DNA from: Octopus sinensis
Taxonomy: Eukaryota
Reading direction: 5' to 3'
Assembly: GCF_006345805.1 (NCBI RefSeq)
Contig: NC_042997.1
Location: forward strand, 28,954,001 to 29,018,000
Length of the DNA stretch: 64,000 nucleotides
Part shown: positions 24,598 through 35,963 of the stretch, in pieces
Layout: each line of letters opens with the position of its first letter
Position numbering within the stretch: position 1 is the stretch's first letter
Made by a program: the position numbers and the translations under genes
Notes under the pieces: generated by a model
Database searches by the model: none
What the model saw: the letters and a program-made list of their open reading frames with translations, nothing else
Told to the model about the DNA's origin: nothing

Positions 24598-25622
24598 CGT
24601 ACATACATACATACACACACATTAAATTTCAGGGTACAATATGTACCTATTAGCTTGAAAGAAGTGTTAAATGTCTTCAAAACCACAAATTTCTCTCACT
24701 ATATGTAAACACGCACGGAAAATGTAGCAAATGCGTGTAGCAAAATGGTCGCCCCCATTTATACAACTACAAAGAGGTGGGTAGATATACCAGTTTCAAC
24801 TGATTTCACTTTCTGTGCAGAATTGACGCTAAACCTCATCAGCTAGGTTTGATATTTAAACCATTTAAAAATATATATATATACCTCACGGTGCACGTCT
24901 TTTCTGAGAGGTGAATTTAATTTTTTAAAATTCGTTTACGTAGTAAGCCTATATCTACCCACCTCTTTGTAGTTTTACTAATGGGGACAACCGTTTTTCT
25001 AAATGTATTTGCTACATCTCTGTGCGGGATTACATATAGTGATAGATGAGTGGTTTTGGAGAGCTTTAACTCTTGTTTCAAGCAAACAGATACATATTTA
25101 ACCCTGACTTTTAGCATCTATTTCGCATATCCGTATTATACTTGCTGTCCACTTTATCATTATTTTTTCCATGATATTGTTAAGTTATTTGAATGTTGAA
25201 TATATATACACAACCGTCAGAAATTAATTAGCACCCTTGATTTGCTCTTCACTCAAGGTATGTGCTGTCACCTAGTGGCCATATCTCGAACTATTGCTTT
25301 GTTGCGAGTTCACTGTTGCGCAGAACGATGACGTAACTTTGTTTGCAGAGCAGTTTGAGAGTCTACAGCCTTATGACGTTGACATAGCAGTGCAACAACA
25401 ACTTGGAGTGCGGATGCAGACAAATCATCCTTTGTTTAATAGATATAGGTAGCGCCTCGCAAGGACCGAAATCACACCATACTAAGTTTTCTCATCGCGT
25501 AAGACGTTTTGAACAGCTCATAGGTTATTTGATTTAACCTATTTAATGTAGAAATTTGAGAAGTGCTAATTAATTTCTGACGCAAGTGTATATGTATATA
25601 TGTATATATGTATTTATGTATG

Positions 25623-25705
<83 letters not shown>

Positions 25706-26485
25706 TGGAAAGAAGATAATCATAACTTATTTGAATTTCGAATATGTATATATATATATATATATATATATTTTGGGAAAGAAGAATTACTCCAAAAACC
25801 AAAGAAGTTAAGATGACAACGGAACAAGAAATTATATCACGAATTTCGTGACATAATTTCTTATCATTTTCTCATTTAAATTCCTTATTATTCCATTGTA
25901 TTCCGGCGTCTGTTTTGGGATTTCATAATTTCAATAGAGGGTTGTTACATATCTCATCTTTGAAATCTCTGTTAGCTAGGACATTGTTATAGTAGGATGA
26001 TGATTTTTTCGAATATTTCTTTTGAAGTGGAGAGATTAGATATTCTATTACTAATGTTGAGTATCAGGTTTTTAAACACTACAGGGTTTCGCAGGACTGT
26101 TTACGCATATATCCAAGTTTCTCATTTGGTATATTATATAGTTTAAAAGAACGTTAGTTTATGACTCTGTAAACGTCTAAAACAATCGACTTAGGATCGA
26201 TTAATAGCTACAGAAACTTTGAGACGGCAATTTGATTAAAGGTGTATACGTGATTTTCTTAAACATGTTGTGTCTATATTTATCACAGACTAACCTTATG
26301 CACAACCTATCATCGTGGTATTATTCATATCATCGGAAGGAAACTTGTATATCAATTTATAGGATACGTAGAGATGTATAATTTCACAGATGTCCCCAAT
26401 ATCGTAGAAGCGGGTCAGCAGTATCGGACATTTCAAACTATGCTGAGCCCCTACTGAACAGAATGATTTTTCTCTCATGCATAAT

Positions 26486-27281
26486 GAAGTCTTGGTAAGA
26501 TATTTTTATGAACTCAATCGACGGATAATAGTCTGTAAAAAAAACTTCAAATTTGATCCTTCTTTTGTTGTTATAATAGGGGCTCGATAAATTTGTCATA
26601 TTGCTTCTGACCTGATGTGAAAAAATTTGTCACACGCAAACCTCACAAATATCCCACTTTGTGTTCTAACCGTCTAGACCTTACAGCTTGCCGACTCAAT
26701 AGGCTCACTCGTCTATGAGTTTTACTTCACAACACTGCTTAAGGACAACGTAACTGAAACCAGAACTATTATCGGTTTATATAAAGTTAATTTTAAAAGT
26801 AGCTATGCAAGTCACTAATCTTTTTTCCAACGCTTAGATGAAAATAAAGACACTAATTAGTCTAGCTACGTAGGGAAATGATAGCCACCCGCACACCAAC
26901 AAGACGAGAACTTGTTGAAATCTATGTCATACATTAATAGTTCAAACAGTACAACCTATGCTAGATAATATATCGCACATTCTTCATAGATCCAAGAATT
27001 CCGCCACACTACTATATTTCCGATCCGAAATTTGCAGCAGATTTAAGCGCATGAAAAAAAATTCACCATGCAGTCCGCATTGGGTAGTTATTGTGCAGGT
27101 TTATTGTCGCCACTAAATTATTCTACAACCGATAGGTTAATTGTGATTTCTGTAGAAAATGGATGTGATTCACAAGTTTCTTTCTTAGAGATATTTTCCC
27201 AAACATATGCCTAATTACAGGGCACTATAACGAGACATTTTTATCTCCCATTCTAATAGTGTGAGCATTAAATTATATATA
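26486..27281 (+). repeat. ~800-bp segment, copy 2 of a direct duplication
   Basis: Aligns to 21863-22664. Confidence 0.9.
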
Positions 27282-27310
27282 TACATACATACATATATAT
27301 ATATGTATAT

Positions 27311-27354
<44 letters not shown>

Positions 27355-27388
27355 ATATATGTACGTATGTATGTATGTATATATATTC

Positions 27389-27459
<71 letters not shown>

Positions 27460-29295
27460 TACGCACATGCATGCATGCACACATATTTAGACTGACGGAC
27501 GCGCTGAGCAATAACAACACTCCCTTCTAAAAGTATATATTTCCGAGAAAACTACCGTTTATTTGCAAAATGAATTTCGTAAAAATATATTGAGCCCTGA
27601 GCTATTACCAACAGAAACAAAACATTAAATAATTAAATTCTTTAGAATTCTTAGTGAGATATAAGAAGTCTGAAACTGATATGTACACATATATATGCAT
27701 AGTATGCAAAGTAAATGTACCTATATCCATATATGTTCAGACACATAAATGTACGCAAAATTGATGAAGATGCCTCAATAAAATTCTGTCAATTTTTAGG
27801 GAAGTCTAATGAAGTAGCTACTACGAATACGAAATCTTGTCGGAAGAATTTCTTTATTGTCAAAAACGATAGCAAGAAGATGTGCATTAGTGGTTGGTAT
27901 GTGTGATAGAAAAATACTGAGGTTACTACGAATTAACAAATCCTGGCGCTTGCATATTGCACAAGATGAATATTTGTGTAAATAATTAGTCCCTATATAA
28001 AGGGAGAGCAAGATATATAGTTTCATAAAATTAAAATTTGCCATAGAATTACTCGTATTTTAATCTCAGTGTGAATACGATCAATTTTCTTATATTGTCG
28101 AATAAAACAACACAAATATCATAAAAATGAGTTTATTTCTAAATATACGGTAGACACTTATCATATTGCAATAATTCTGTCGTTTCAAATTTCTTGCTTA
28201 CATATGTCATTTATTACATTAATTTTCTTTCTCGCATTACAGTTATATATGTATATATATGCACACGATGTATCAACACACACACACACACACACACACA
28301 CACTCATAATTTTGTAGAAAGTGAATGTCTGTTTTAGATTTTATATGAAAATTTCATTACATAAAATATATTGAAATTCCTCTTTTGTTGATGGTTTTAA
28401 AGTATATAGAATATCTGTCACTTTAAAAACATTAGTGTCATCGTTCTCCCTTTCATAATCAGAACTTTCGTTCGCAAATTGTTATTCATTATATTTCCCA
28501 TAAATGCACTCAGTATAAGCTATGATTTTCACTGAAATAATAAAATCGGTTGATATATTTGCAAAGATTACTGTCTTTATAACATCCCACCCCGTTCAAT
28601 TTTCTATGTATTTTGTATAGAAATATCTACATATATATGAGTATATATTTAAATTTCAATTATTAAAGTTTTGAATAACAATAATTCTGTTTAGGTTTGG
28701 CACAACGCCAACACATTCAAGTGGACAAGGCAAGTAAATTATATCGATCCTAGTATTTGACCGGTACTTTACTATATCCACCGCAGAGTTTAGGTCGGTG
28801 GGGGTTACAAGTTAGAACGATAATTGTCGGGAGAAATACAACAAATCATAATTTGTGACGCTCTAATGATTCTGCAAATCCGCTACCACAAAAAGCTTTC
28901 CTAGGCGTAAGACCAACAAACTTGAAATGAGTTTCCTGTGTTGATACCATCGACCAAAGTAGTTCTTCACTGGTATTATATATTATGTATTGCGACACAA
29001 ACGATCTCTGTTCATCTATTGCACCTTAAATGTGTCTGGTTACAAGAAACGGAGGTGATGTTAAATACAAGGCGTAAAAGCTAATAGTTATAATACGACG
29101 TAAAACTTAATAGTTATGATACTGTGGACTTACAATTCGACAAACGGAGAGGAGGCTAGTCTGTCTTATCAAATATAATCCTACGTCACTGGTGTCTGTT
29201 GGAATCAGGTTTAGCCGTACATTTAGGTGGACAGCAACATATTCGGCTACCGACAGCCATTAATGAGCTGCGACAAAGTATCTTTCAAATGTTGT

Positions 29296-29990
29296 CAGTG
29301 ATTGCAAGCCCATACGTCGTGGAGGTTGTATATTGCAGCGTGACAGTCGTTCTTGCGCTAGTTTTCACTTGATTGATGTTATGTTTAAACTCTTGAGTAA
29401 TGGAATCATTCTTGTGATGTAACTGTCTATATTCCTTGACCTGCATATATCGGAATACTTTGGTTGCTGTTGTGCAAAATCAAATTCTACTGTAAGTGTA
29501 CCTTGACCTTGAGCAGGTAAAATCACCTTTAGTTGTGTACAGTTTCTGCTCTTTGCGTTTTAGTGGAGAGAAAAACTGGGTACCCGACATGTGAAACACT
29601 GTCAAAAGCTCATTTATACAAGTCTGTCAACACAGCTGGTGGAAATTTGAATTGGGCGTTCTCTAATAAACTAGTGCGCATTCTCAGGTTGCGACGTTCC
29701 CATTGTAAAAAGTTAGACCGATTGCTCTCAATAACAGTTCAGTCTATAGTGATTGCGCAGTGATTGCGAGGCCATACGTGACTATGGTTGTATATTGCAA
29801 CTGGATTTCAGGTATCTATAAATTCTTGGGGAATGGAAGCATTCTTGTGGTGAAACTGTTCATCAGCTGTCACTATACTTGCTTCCATTGCACAATGATT
29901 TAAAGACACCACCAATCAAGTGAAAACTGTCACGATGTCACGATGCAATATACAACCGTAGCGATGTATACGTTCGCTATCACTGCGGAA
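29296..29990. repeat. Three diverged copies of a ~120-bp unit; copies 2 (+) and 3 (-) form a foldback at 29757-29990
   Basis: GCAGTGATTGCGA..GGTTGTATATTGCA pairs with TGCAATATACAACC..TCGCTATCACTGC; AATGGAAGCA pairs with TGCTTCCATT. Confidence 0.65.
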
Positions 29991-30067
29991 TTAAGTTGAG
30001 CCTTTGAGAGATATCGGCCCGCGAAAAATTGATGATTTCCAGAATCACATCGGTTGGCAGTGCAAAT

Positions 30068-30486
30068 CTCTCTTTACTCTTTTACTTGTTTCAGTCATTT
30101 GACTGCGGCCATGCTGGAGCACCGCCTTTAATCGAACAAATCGACCCCAGGACTTATTCTTTGTAAGCCCAGTACTTATTGTATCGGTCTCTTTTGCAGA
30201 ACCGCTAGGTGACGGGGACGTAAACACACCAGCATCGGTTGTCAAGCGATGCTAGGCGGACAAACACAGACACACAAATACACACCCACATGCATATATA
30301 TATATATATATATACATATATACGACAGGCTTCTTTCAGTTTCCGTCTACCAAATCCACTCACAAGGCATTGGTCGGCCCGGGGCTATAGCAGAAGACAC
30401 TTGCCCAAGGTGCCACGCAGTGGGACTGAACCCGGAACCATGTGGTTGGTTAGCAAGCTACTTACCACACAGCCACTCCTGCGCCT
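30068..30486 (-). mobile_element. SINE family A, full length
   Basis: Reverse complement of the 23670 element, including head AGGCGCAGGAGTGGCTGTGTGGTAAG. Confidence 0.93.
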
Positions 30487-31309
30487 ATCTGCGGTGAGTT
30501 TCTTTTTTTTTTTACTGGCTCTTGACTATCACTGCAGGTATATATGTACCATCAGGCAAGATTACACCCGATATTCATAGAGTTACGAAGTTAGAACACT
30601 TGATTGTGCTCTCATTTTCCAGTGGAACATCTTTTGTCACAGTTTGGACAAATCCGTCTATCAGGAAAATCGATAATGAAATTGTTCCTCCATCTTCTTA
30701 TAGTCAAAAAGGATATTTAGCTTTCATCAGTCATGGATCTATAACAAAACAGGATGTATAGTGGAGGGTGTTGAAAGGCCTGAATACGTACTTTTTTCAT
30801 TTTCAACTAATTCCTTTTTGTCCCCAAGTATATCTACTCAAGGGTGGGAATAGCAAAACTTTTACCTAAGGAAGTGCCAGCTGTTACCATATGATTTTTA
30901 GATAAAAGAACGACACCTGAAATACAGCTTGACCTCTTCTCAGGCTGACAAAATTTCTGTGGTATCTCCCTCGATCAACCTAGTAGCATTCCTGCCGTGT
31001 GGAAACTTTTCTGCATTGCATTATCTTATGTTTTCTTTTTTGTTAGTTTATTACAGAGACAGAGACAGGGACAGAGACACAGACAGAGAGTACGTATATT
31101 TCCTGGAAAAATGAATATTGAAAAACTGTAAATCTCATCTATCATGTTTAAAATTTTCCATTGGATTAGTGTCTTATGATATGTTATTTCTTGTAGCAAA
31201 TGGAGAAATTGTTGTTCATGTGGTTTTGTCGTTATTATTGTATTACCTCTCAGGATGCCCGGTCTTCTTGATTCTGATAGATTTTCTTAGAACAGACAGC
31301 CGCCTGCTG

Positions 31310-31379
<70 letters not shown>

Positions 31380-31386
31380 CAACAAC

Positions 31387-31473
<87 letters not shown>

Positions 31474-31519
31474 AACAACAACAACAACAACAACAACAAC
31501 AATAATAATAATAATAATA

Positions 31520-31563
<44 letters not shown>

Positions 31564-31570
31564 AATAATA
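31310..31570. repeat. Compound (TAA)n(CAA)n(TAA)n(TGA)n microsatellite
   Basis: Visible array. Confidence 0.97.
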
Positions 31571-31610
31571 AATATTCCATCTTATAATAATATATAACAA
31601 TTACTAGAAT

Positions 31611-33225
31611 AAGATCGAAGCTATCAACACCTGGTCGGTTTCACTCCTTAAATATGGAGCAGGGGTAATCGCATGGACAGTAGACGCACTAAACAGCTTA
31701 GACAGAAAGACAATGAAGTTGCTAACTGAATATGGGTCACTCCACCCAAAAAGTGACACTGACAGTGCCCTGATGCAGTACCAAATGTCACTTTTTGGGT
31801 GGAGTGACCTATATCTAGTTAGCAACTTCCTTGTCTTTCTATCTAAGCTGTTTAGTTCGTCTTATGTCCACCCGATTACCCCTGCCCCACATCTAAGGAG
31901 TGAAACTGGCCAGGTGTTGATACTTTCGATCTTCTTCCGTCCGTTTTATTTCGACTTAACTGTCAATCATAATCTTCGTAAGTACTCCACCTTAAATGTT
32001 TCTGTCATTTCTTTCTCGATCAATTTATTCATTTGCAAAATTCCCAAGTACTTATCACCCGTCTCTCCTATCTGCATCATAACCTCCCCAGACTGTATCG
32101 TTTGTCCGTCCATACATTTGATTTTCCTCTTTTCATGACTAACACACCACGCTTTCTCAGTCCGAATTCCATTCTGATAATAACACTGAAGGTATACATC
32201 GTATCAACGAGGGAACTGACTTTGGCTTCACCTTTACCATAAAGATTGGGGTCATCCACAATATTTTGTTGGCTGCTTTTGAATACATACCCAGCTTTTG
32301 CTTTCCTCAGAATCAGTGTCAGTGGTAACAAGCACAGTATAAAGATCAGTGGGGAGAGACATTCCCCTTGGAAGTTTCTCCTCCTAATTTCTACTGTCCC
32401 TGAACTTCTTCCGTATGCTGCCAGATCCATCCTCCAATTCGTCATACTTTTTCCAAGCAATCCCTCAAAATTCGATGCAATCCCAAATAGATTCATACAC
32501 ACCATAATCTAAGAATCTGGGATCATATCGTAAGGCTTACCATAGTCGATCCATGACATGGCTAAAATACGTTTTCTCCTCATGCAGTCTCTTAGTACAG
32601 TTTTATCTATCAGGAGTTGATCCTTGTTACCACTGCACTTACGCTTGCAACCCTTCTCCTCATGTGGCAGGACTCCATTTTTTCTAGATGTTAGAACATT
32701 AACTCTGCGTGTATTCCAGTCATTTACTTCCACATAAGTGGCAAATTGGATAGCTAACTGTGTTGCCTTTTCCGATATTTTTCAGGCACAGCCCGGTCCT
32801 ACCCGATGTGTGCCAACAACTCTGGTCTTGCTTAGTCGGCATTCAACAACGTGTTGAGCTGCGCAGCCATTCGTGTATGGCATTCACTATTTAATTTGAT
32901 CCCGTAACCTTGAACTCCATCTGGTCCCGGAGCCTTCCAGTTGCTCATTTATTCACTGATTTCCTTCCCTTCACTAACTGAAATTACTAGTTCTGCCTGT
33001 TTTGGACAGGCTACTATTTGTTTCAGTTCTTGCAACCTTTTAGCGTCCTTCTTCTGCTCCTTGTCTTTGCTCCAGATGTCACTCCAAAATCTTTGACTTT
33101 CAATGATATCGGGTATCAACTTTTCATCTGTAAATCCTACATTTATTTCTTTATAGAATCTCTTCTGATCTACTCTGAATAGCCTATTTTTGTGGTAACC
33201 CTTCATTCTTTGTTCATTAATCATA
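31611..33225 (-). mobile_element. R4/Dong LINE fragment A (RT domain, decayed) ending in a 148-bp inverted duplication
   Basis: Peptides QKRFYKEI, QKGC..KCSGNKDQLLIDK, WIDYGKPYDMIP, FQGECLSPLIF; arm 31786-31933 is mirrored at 31611-31758. Confidence 0.9.
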
Positions 33226-33261
33226 ATCTTTCAGGGGGCGGGAGGGAATGAAGGATTATTA

Positions 33262-33334
<73 letters not shown>

Positions 33335-33588
33335 CATCATCATCATCATTATCATCATCATCATCATCATCATCATCATTATTATTGTTATTTTCGCTAA
33401 AGACGTCGCACAGTATCCAATATCTTATTGGATTCAACAATATTTCGACAGCTTGCCTGTCTTTATCGATTTCAAAATGAAAAGTAATCGACAGAAATTC
33501 ATGATTATAGAAATTCAAATTAAAAAATTTGAACGAAGACAACCTCTGTGAGGATTTATATCAATCCTTTTCAAATATTATTATTATT

Positions 33589-35325
33589 CAGTAGTTTTAT
33601 TTTTATAGCGTGCTTTCACTTCACTACCGAGCGCAGCTCTGTGTGCCTTGGGTATGTGCTGTGATGCTCTGATGGTTATTGTATGGAAAGTGTTCTGCGT
33701 AGGATGTGTGCAGTGCCTAGTAGTGCAATTTTCTGTATGTTATATGTGTTTGTAAGTCCTGGTGTTTTTGTTATGTATTTGTCTGAATATTTTTTTATCA
33801 TGCCTAATGCACCTACTATGATAGGAATTGTTTCTGTTTTCAGGTTCCACATTCTAGTTACCTCTATTTCCAGGTCTTTGTATTTTGAGAGTTGCTCCAT
33901 TTCTTTTAGAGACACGTTGTCATCTGCCGGTATTGATACATCAATTAAAAAGCATTTTTTTTCTTCATGATCTCTGACAACTATATCTGGTCTGTTGGCC
34001 TTAATTTCTCTATCTCTGTGTATCGGCATATCCCAGAGTATGGTTGCTTTCTCGTTTTCTGTGACCTTTTCTGGTGTGTGCCTATACCATCTTTTTTCTG
34101 TTGTTATTCCATAATGTTGGCATAGCTTCCAATGTATGTAGGTTCCAACTCTGTCATGTCTGTGAATATATTCCTTCTTAGCCAGGACTGGGCAGCTAGA
34201 GATAATATGATTTATTGTTTCTTGTCCATCTCCACATATTCTGCAGTTACTTGTAATATTTCTTTTCATTACATGTTTTTGGTAATTTCTGGTGGGGAGG
34301 CTTTGGTCTTGTGCTGCAATTAAAAATCCCTCTGTTTCTGCTTTGAGTCCTGAGCTTCTCAACCATTGCTGGGATTTTTCTTTGTCTATTTCTTTTGCGT
34401 TTAGTTTAGTGCAGTATTTACCATGAAGGGGCTTTTCTTGCCATCGTTTTATCATGGTTCGTTGCTGTTCTATTTTTAGTTTGGATTTCATTTGTTTTAT
34501 AGCTTTTGTTGTTTCTTCATCATCTTTTTTTTCTTCTTGGTGTTTATTAGGTGGTATGATTTCTTGTTTGTATTTGTCAGCTTCCTTAAATACTGAGAAC
34601 AGTTTTTTGTTTTGCTCGTGTTTTGCTGCTATCTGGATCAGTTTTCCTTCCTTCTGAAGTAGGTATTTTTGCAGTCCTATGGTGGTTATTTTATAGTAGT
34701 TTTCCAGCTGTATAAGGCCTCTACCACCTTCTATACGTTGTATATATAGTCTTTCTATGTCAGATTTTGGGTGATGCATCCTAGATCCTGTCAGTATTTT
34801 TCTTGTTTTCCTATCTATTTTGGACAGTTCATTTCGTGTCCAGTTAAGGATATTGTAGCTGTAACTTATAACTGGGACAGCTAAAGTGTTGATACCTATT
34901 ATCTTGTTTTTAGCATTGAGCCCTGTTTTTAGTATTGATCTAACTCGTCTATAATATTCTTTTTTTATTTTCTCTTTCATTTGTGTGTGTTGTGTCTTAT
35001 CTAGTTCATGGATTCCTAAGTATTTGTAAGTTTGGCTTTGGTCTAATTCTTTTATTTCATTGGTTTTATCTAGTGTGATGTTGTTACTTTTAACTAGTTT
35101 TCCTCTTTTCATGGTTACTTTGGCGCATTTTTCTAATCCAAATTTCATATCTATTTCTTTGGTAAATCCAGGAACTGTCTTTAATAGTGTTTCCAGCTGT
35201 TTGTCATTTGCAGCGTATAGTTTTAGGTCATCCATATATAAAAGGTGGCTGATCGTTTCGCCGTAACATTTATATCCGCATCCAGTTCTATTTAGCATAT
35301 CAGATAGAGGTGACAGTGCCAAATT
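33589..35325 (-). mobile_element. R4/Dong LINE copy B: 5'-truncated, intact 3' end, (TAA)n on both sides
   Basis: Stop-free ORF, 87-bp 3' UTR, ATT repeats at 33577-33588 and 35323-35349. Confidence 0.95.
33676..35322 (-). CDS. Partial retrotransposon protein: RT C-half, thumb, CCHC knuckle, PD-(D/E)xK restriction-like endonuclease
   Basis: YMDDLKLY, YKYLG, GGRGL, CRICGDGQETINHIISSC, RPDIVV, LIDVSIP, KYKDL; 548 aa without a stop, but the annotated start is only the truncation point. Confidence 0.93.
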   Translation of the reverse strand: MALSPLSDMLNRTGCGYKCYGETISHLLYMDDLKLYAANDKQLETLLKTVPGFTKEIDMKFGLEKCAKVTMKRGKLVKSNNITLDKTNEIKELDQSQTYKYLGIHELDKTQHTQMKEKIKKEYYRRVRSILKTGLNAKNKIIGINTLAVPVISYSYNILNWTRNELSKIDRKTRKILTGSRMHHPKSDIERLYIQRIEGGRGLIQLENYYKITTIGLQKYLLQKEGKLIQIAAKHEQNKKLFSVFKEADKYKQEIIPPNKHQEEKKDDEETTKAIKQMKSKLKIEQQRTMIKRWQEKPLHGKYCTKLNAKEIDKEKSQQWLRSSGLKAETEGFLIAAQDQSLPTRNYQKHVMKRNITSNCRICGDGQETINHIISSCPVLAKKEYIHRHDRVGTYIHWKLCQHYGITTEKRWYRHTPEKVTENEKATILWDMPIHRDREIKANRPDIVVRDHEEKKCFLIDVSIPADDNVSLKEMEQLSKYKDLEIEVTRMWNLKTETIPIIVGALGMIKKYSDKYITKTPGLTNTYNIQKIALLGTAHILRRTLSIQ

Positions 35326-35349
35326 ATTATTATTATTATTATTACTATT

Positions 35350-35904
35350 GAGTGAGAGAGCAGTTCATGCCATCAAAGTGACACTGGGATAAAATATACG
35401 AAGCCCAATATACCCATCATGACTACCCGTCTGATAAAGGTACACCAGGCACATGCATCACAACCATATGTGCGCGACATGGTGATCTCATATCAAGATA
35501 AACAGCACATGACCTTGCAGGTGGGGCCCAGTTAGAATTTTCTTCAGGTTGGGTAGCCCATCCCGCTCAAACGGTCCCTGAATAAGGGTTGTTTAAGGTT
35601 GTTGAAAGAACCACCCATGTTTCCAGAGGTGAACTATTCAAACCCCAAAGAATCCCTCTCAACACATGGCTATGATGCTCCCCAAATACTTCTGCTCGTG
35701 TTCAGAGATGCACATATCGTCAGCCACTAAGGGACATGCTCAACTGGTTAAGGTCAAACAACTGACAAGCAAATCTTTGGTATTGAGCAGAATATTTGCT
35801 GTAGCCCATCTTTTATACCAAGACAAAACAATGTACATGATAACACTTCCAATCAGTTAAGATCAGAAGCCATGAGAGCCACTGCCTGGTACTGCATCAG
35901 GGCA

Positions 35905-35910
<6 letters not shown>
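35350..35910. mobile_element. 561-bp non-coding element flanked by (ATT)n on both sides; probable non-autonomous retroposon
   Basis: Complex sequence sharply bounded by ATT repeats; no tRNA boxes, TIRs or LINE coding similarity seen. Confidence 0.6.

Positions 35911-35961
<51 letters not shown>

Positions 35962-35963
<2 letters not shown>

Noticed and set aside
31118-31600. Homopolymeric amino-acid ORFs here and at 33231-33542, 40793-41504 and 55277-56067
   Set aside because: Trinucleotide microsatellite artefacts
31611-31933. A/G-biased differences between hairpin arms (9 of 17) as an ADAR footprint
   Set aside because: The changes go in both directions, the strand is purine-rich, and the numbers are too small
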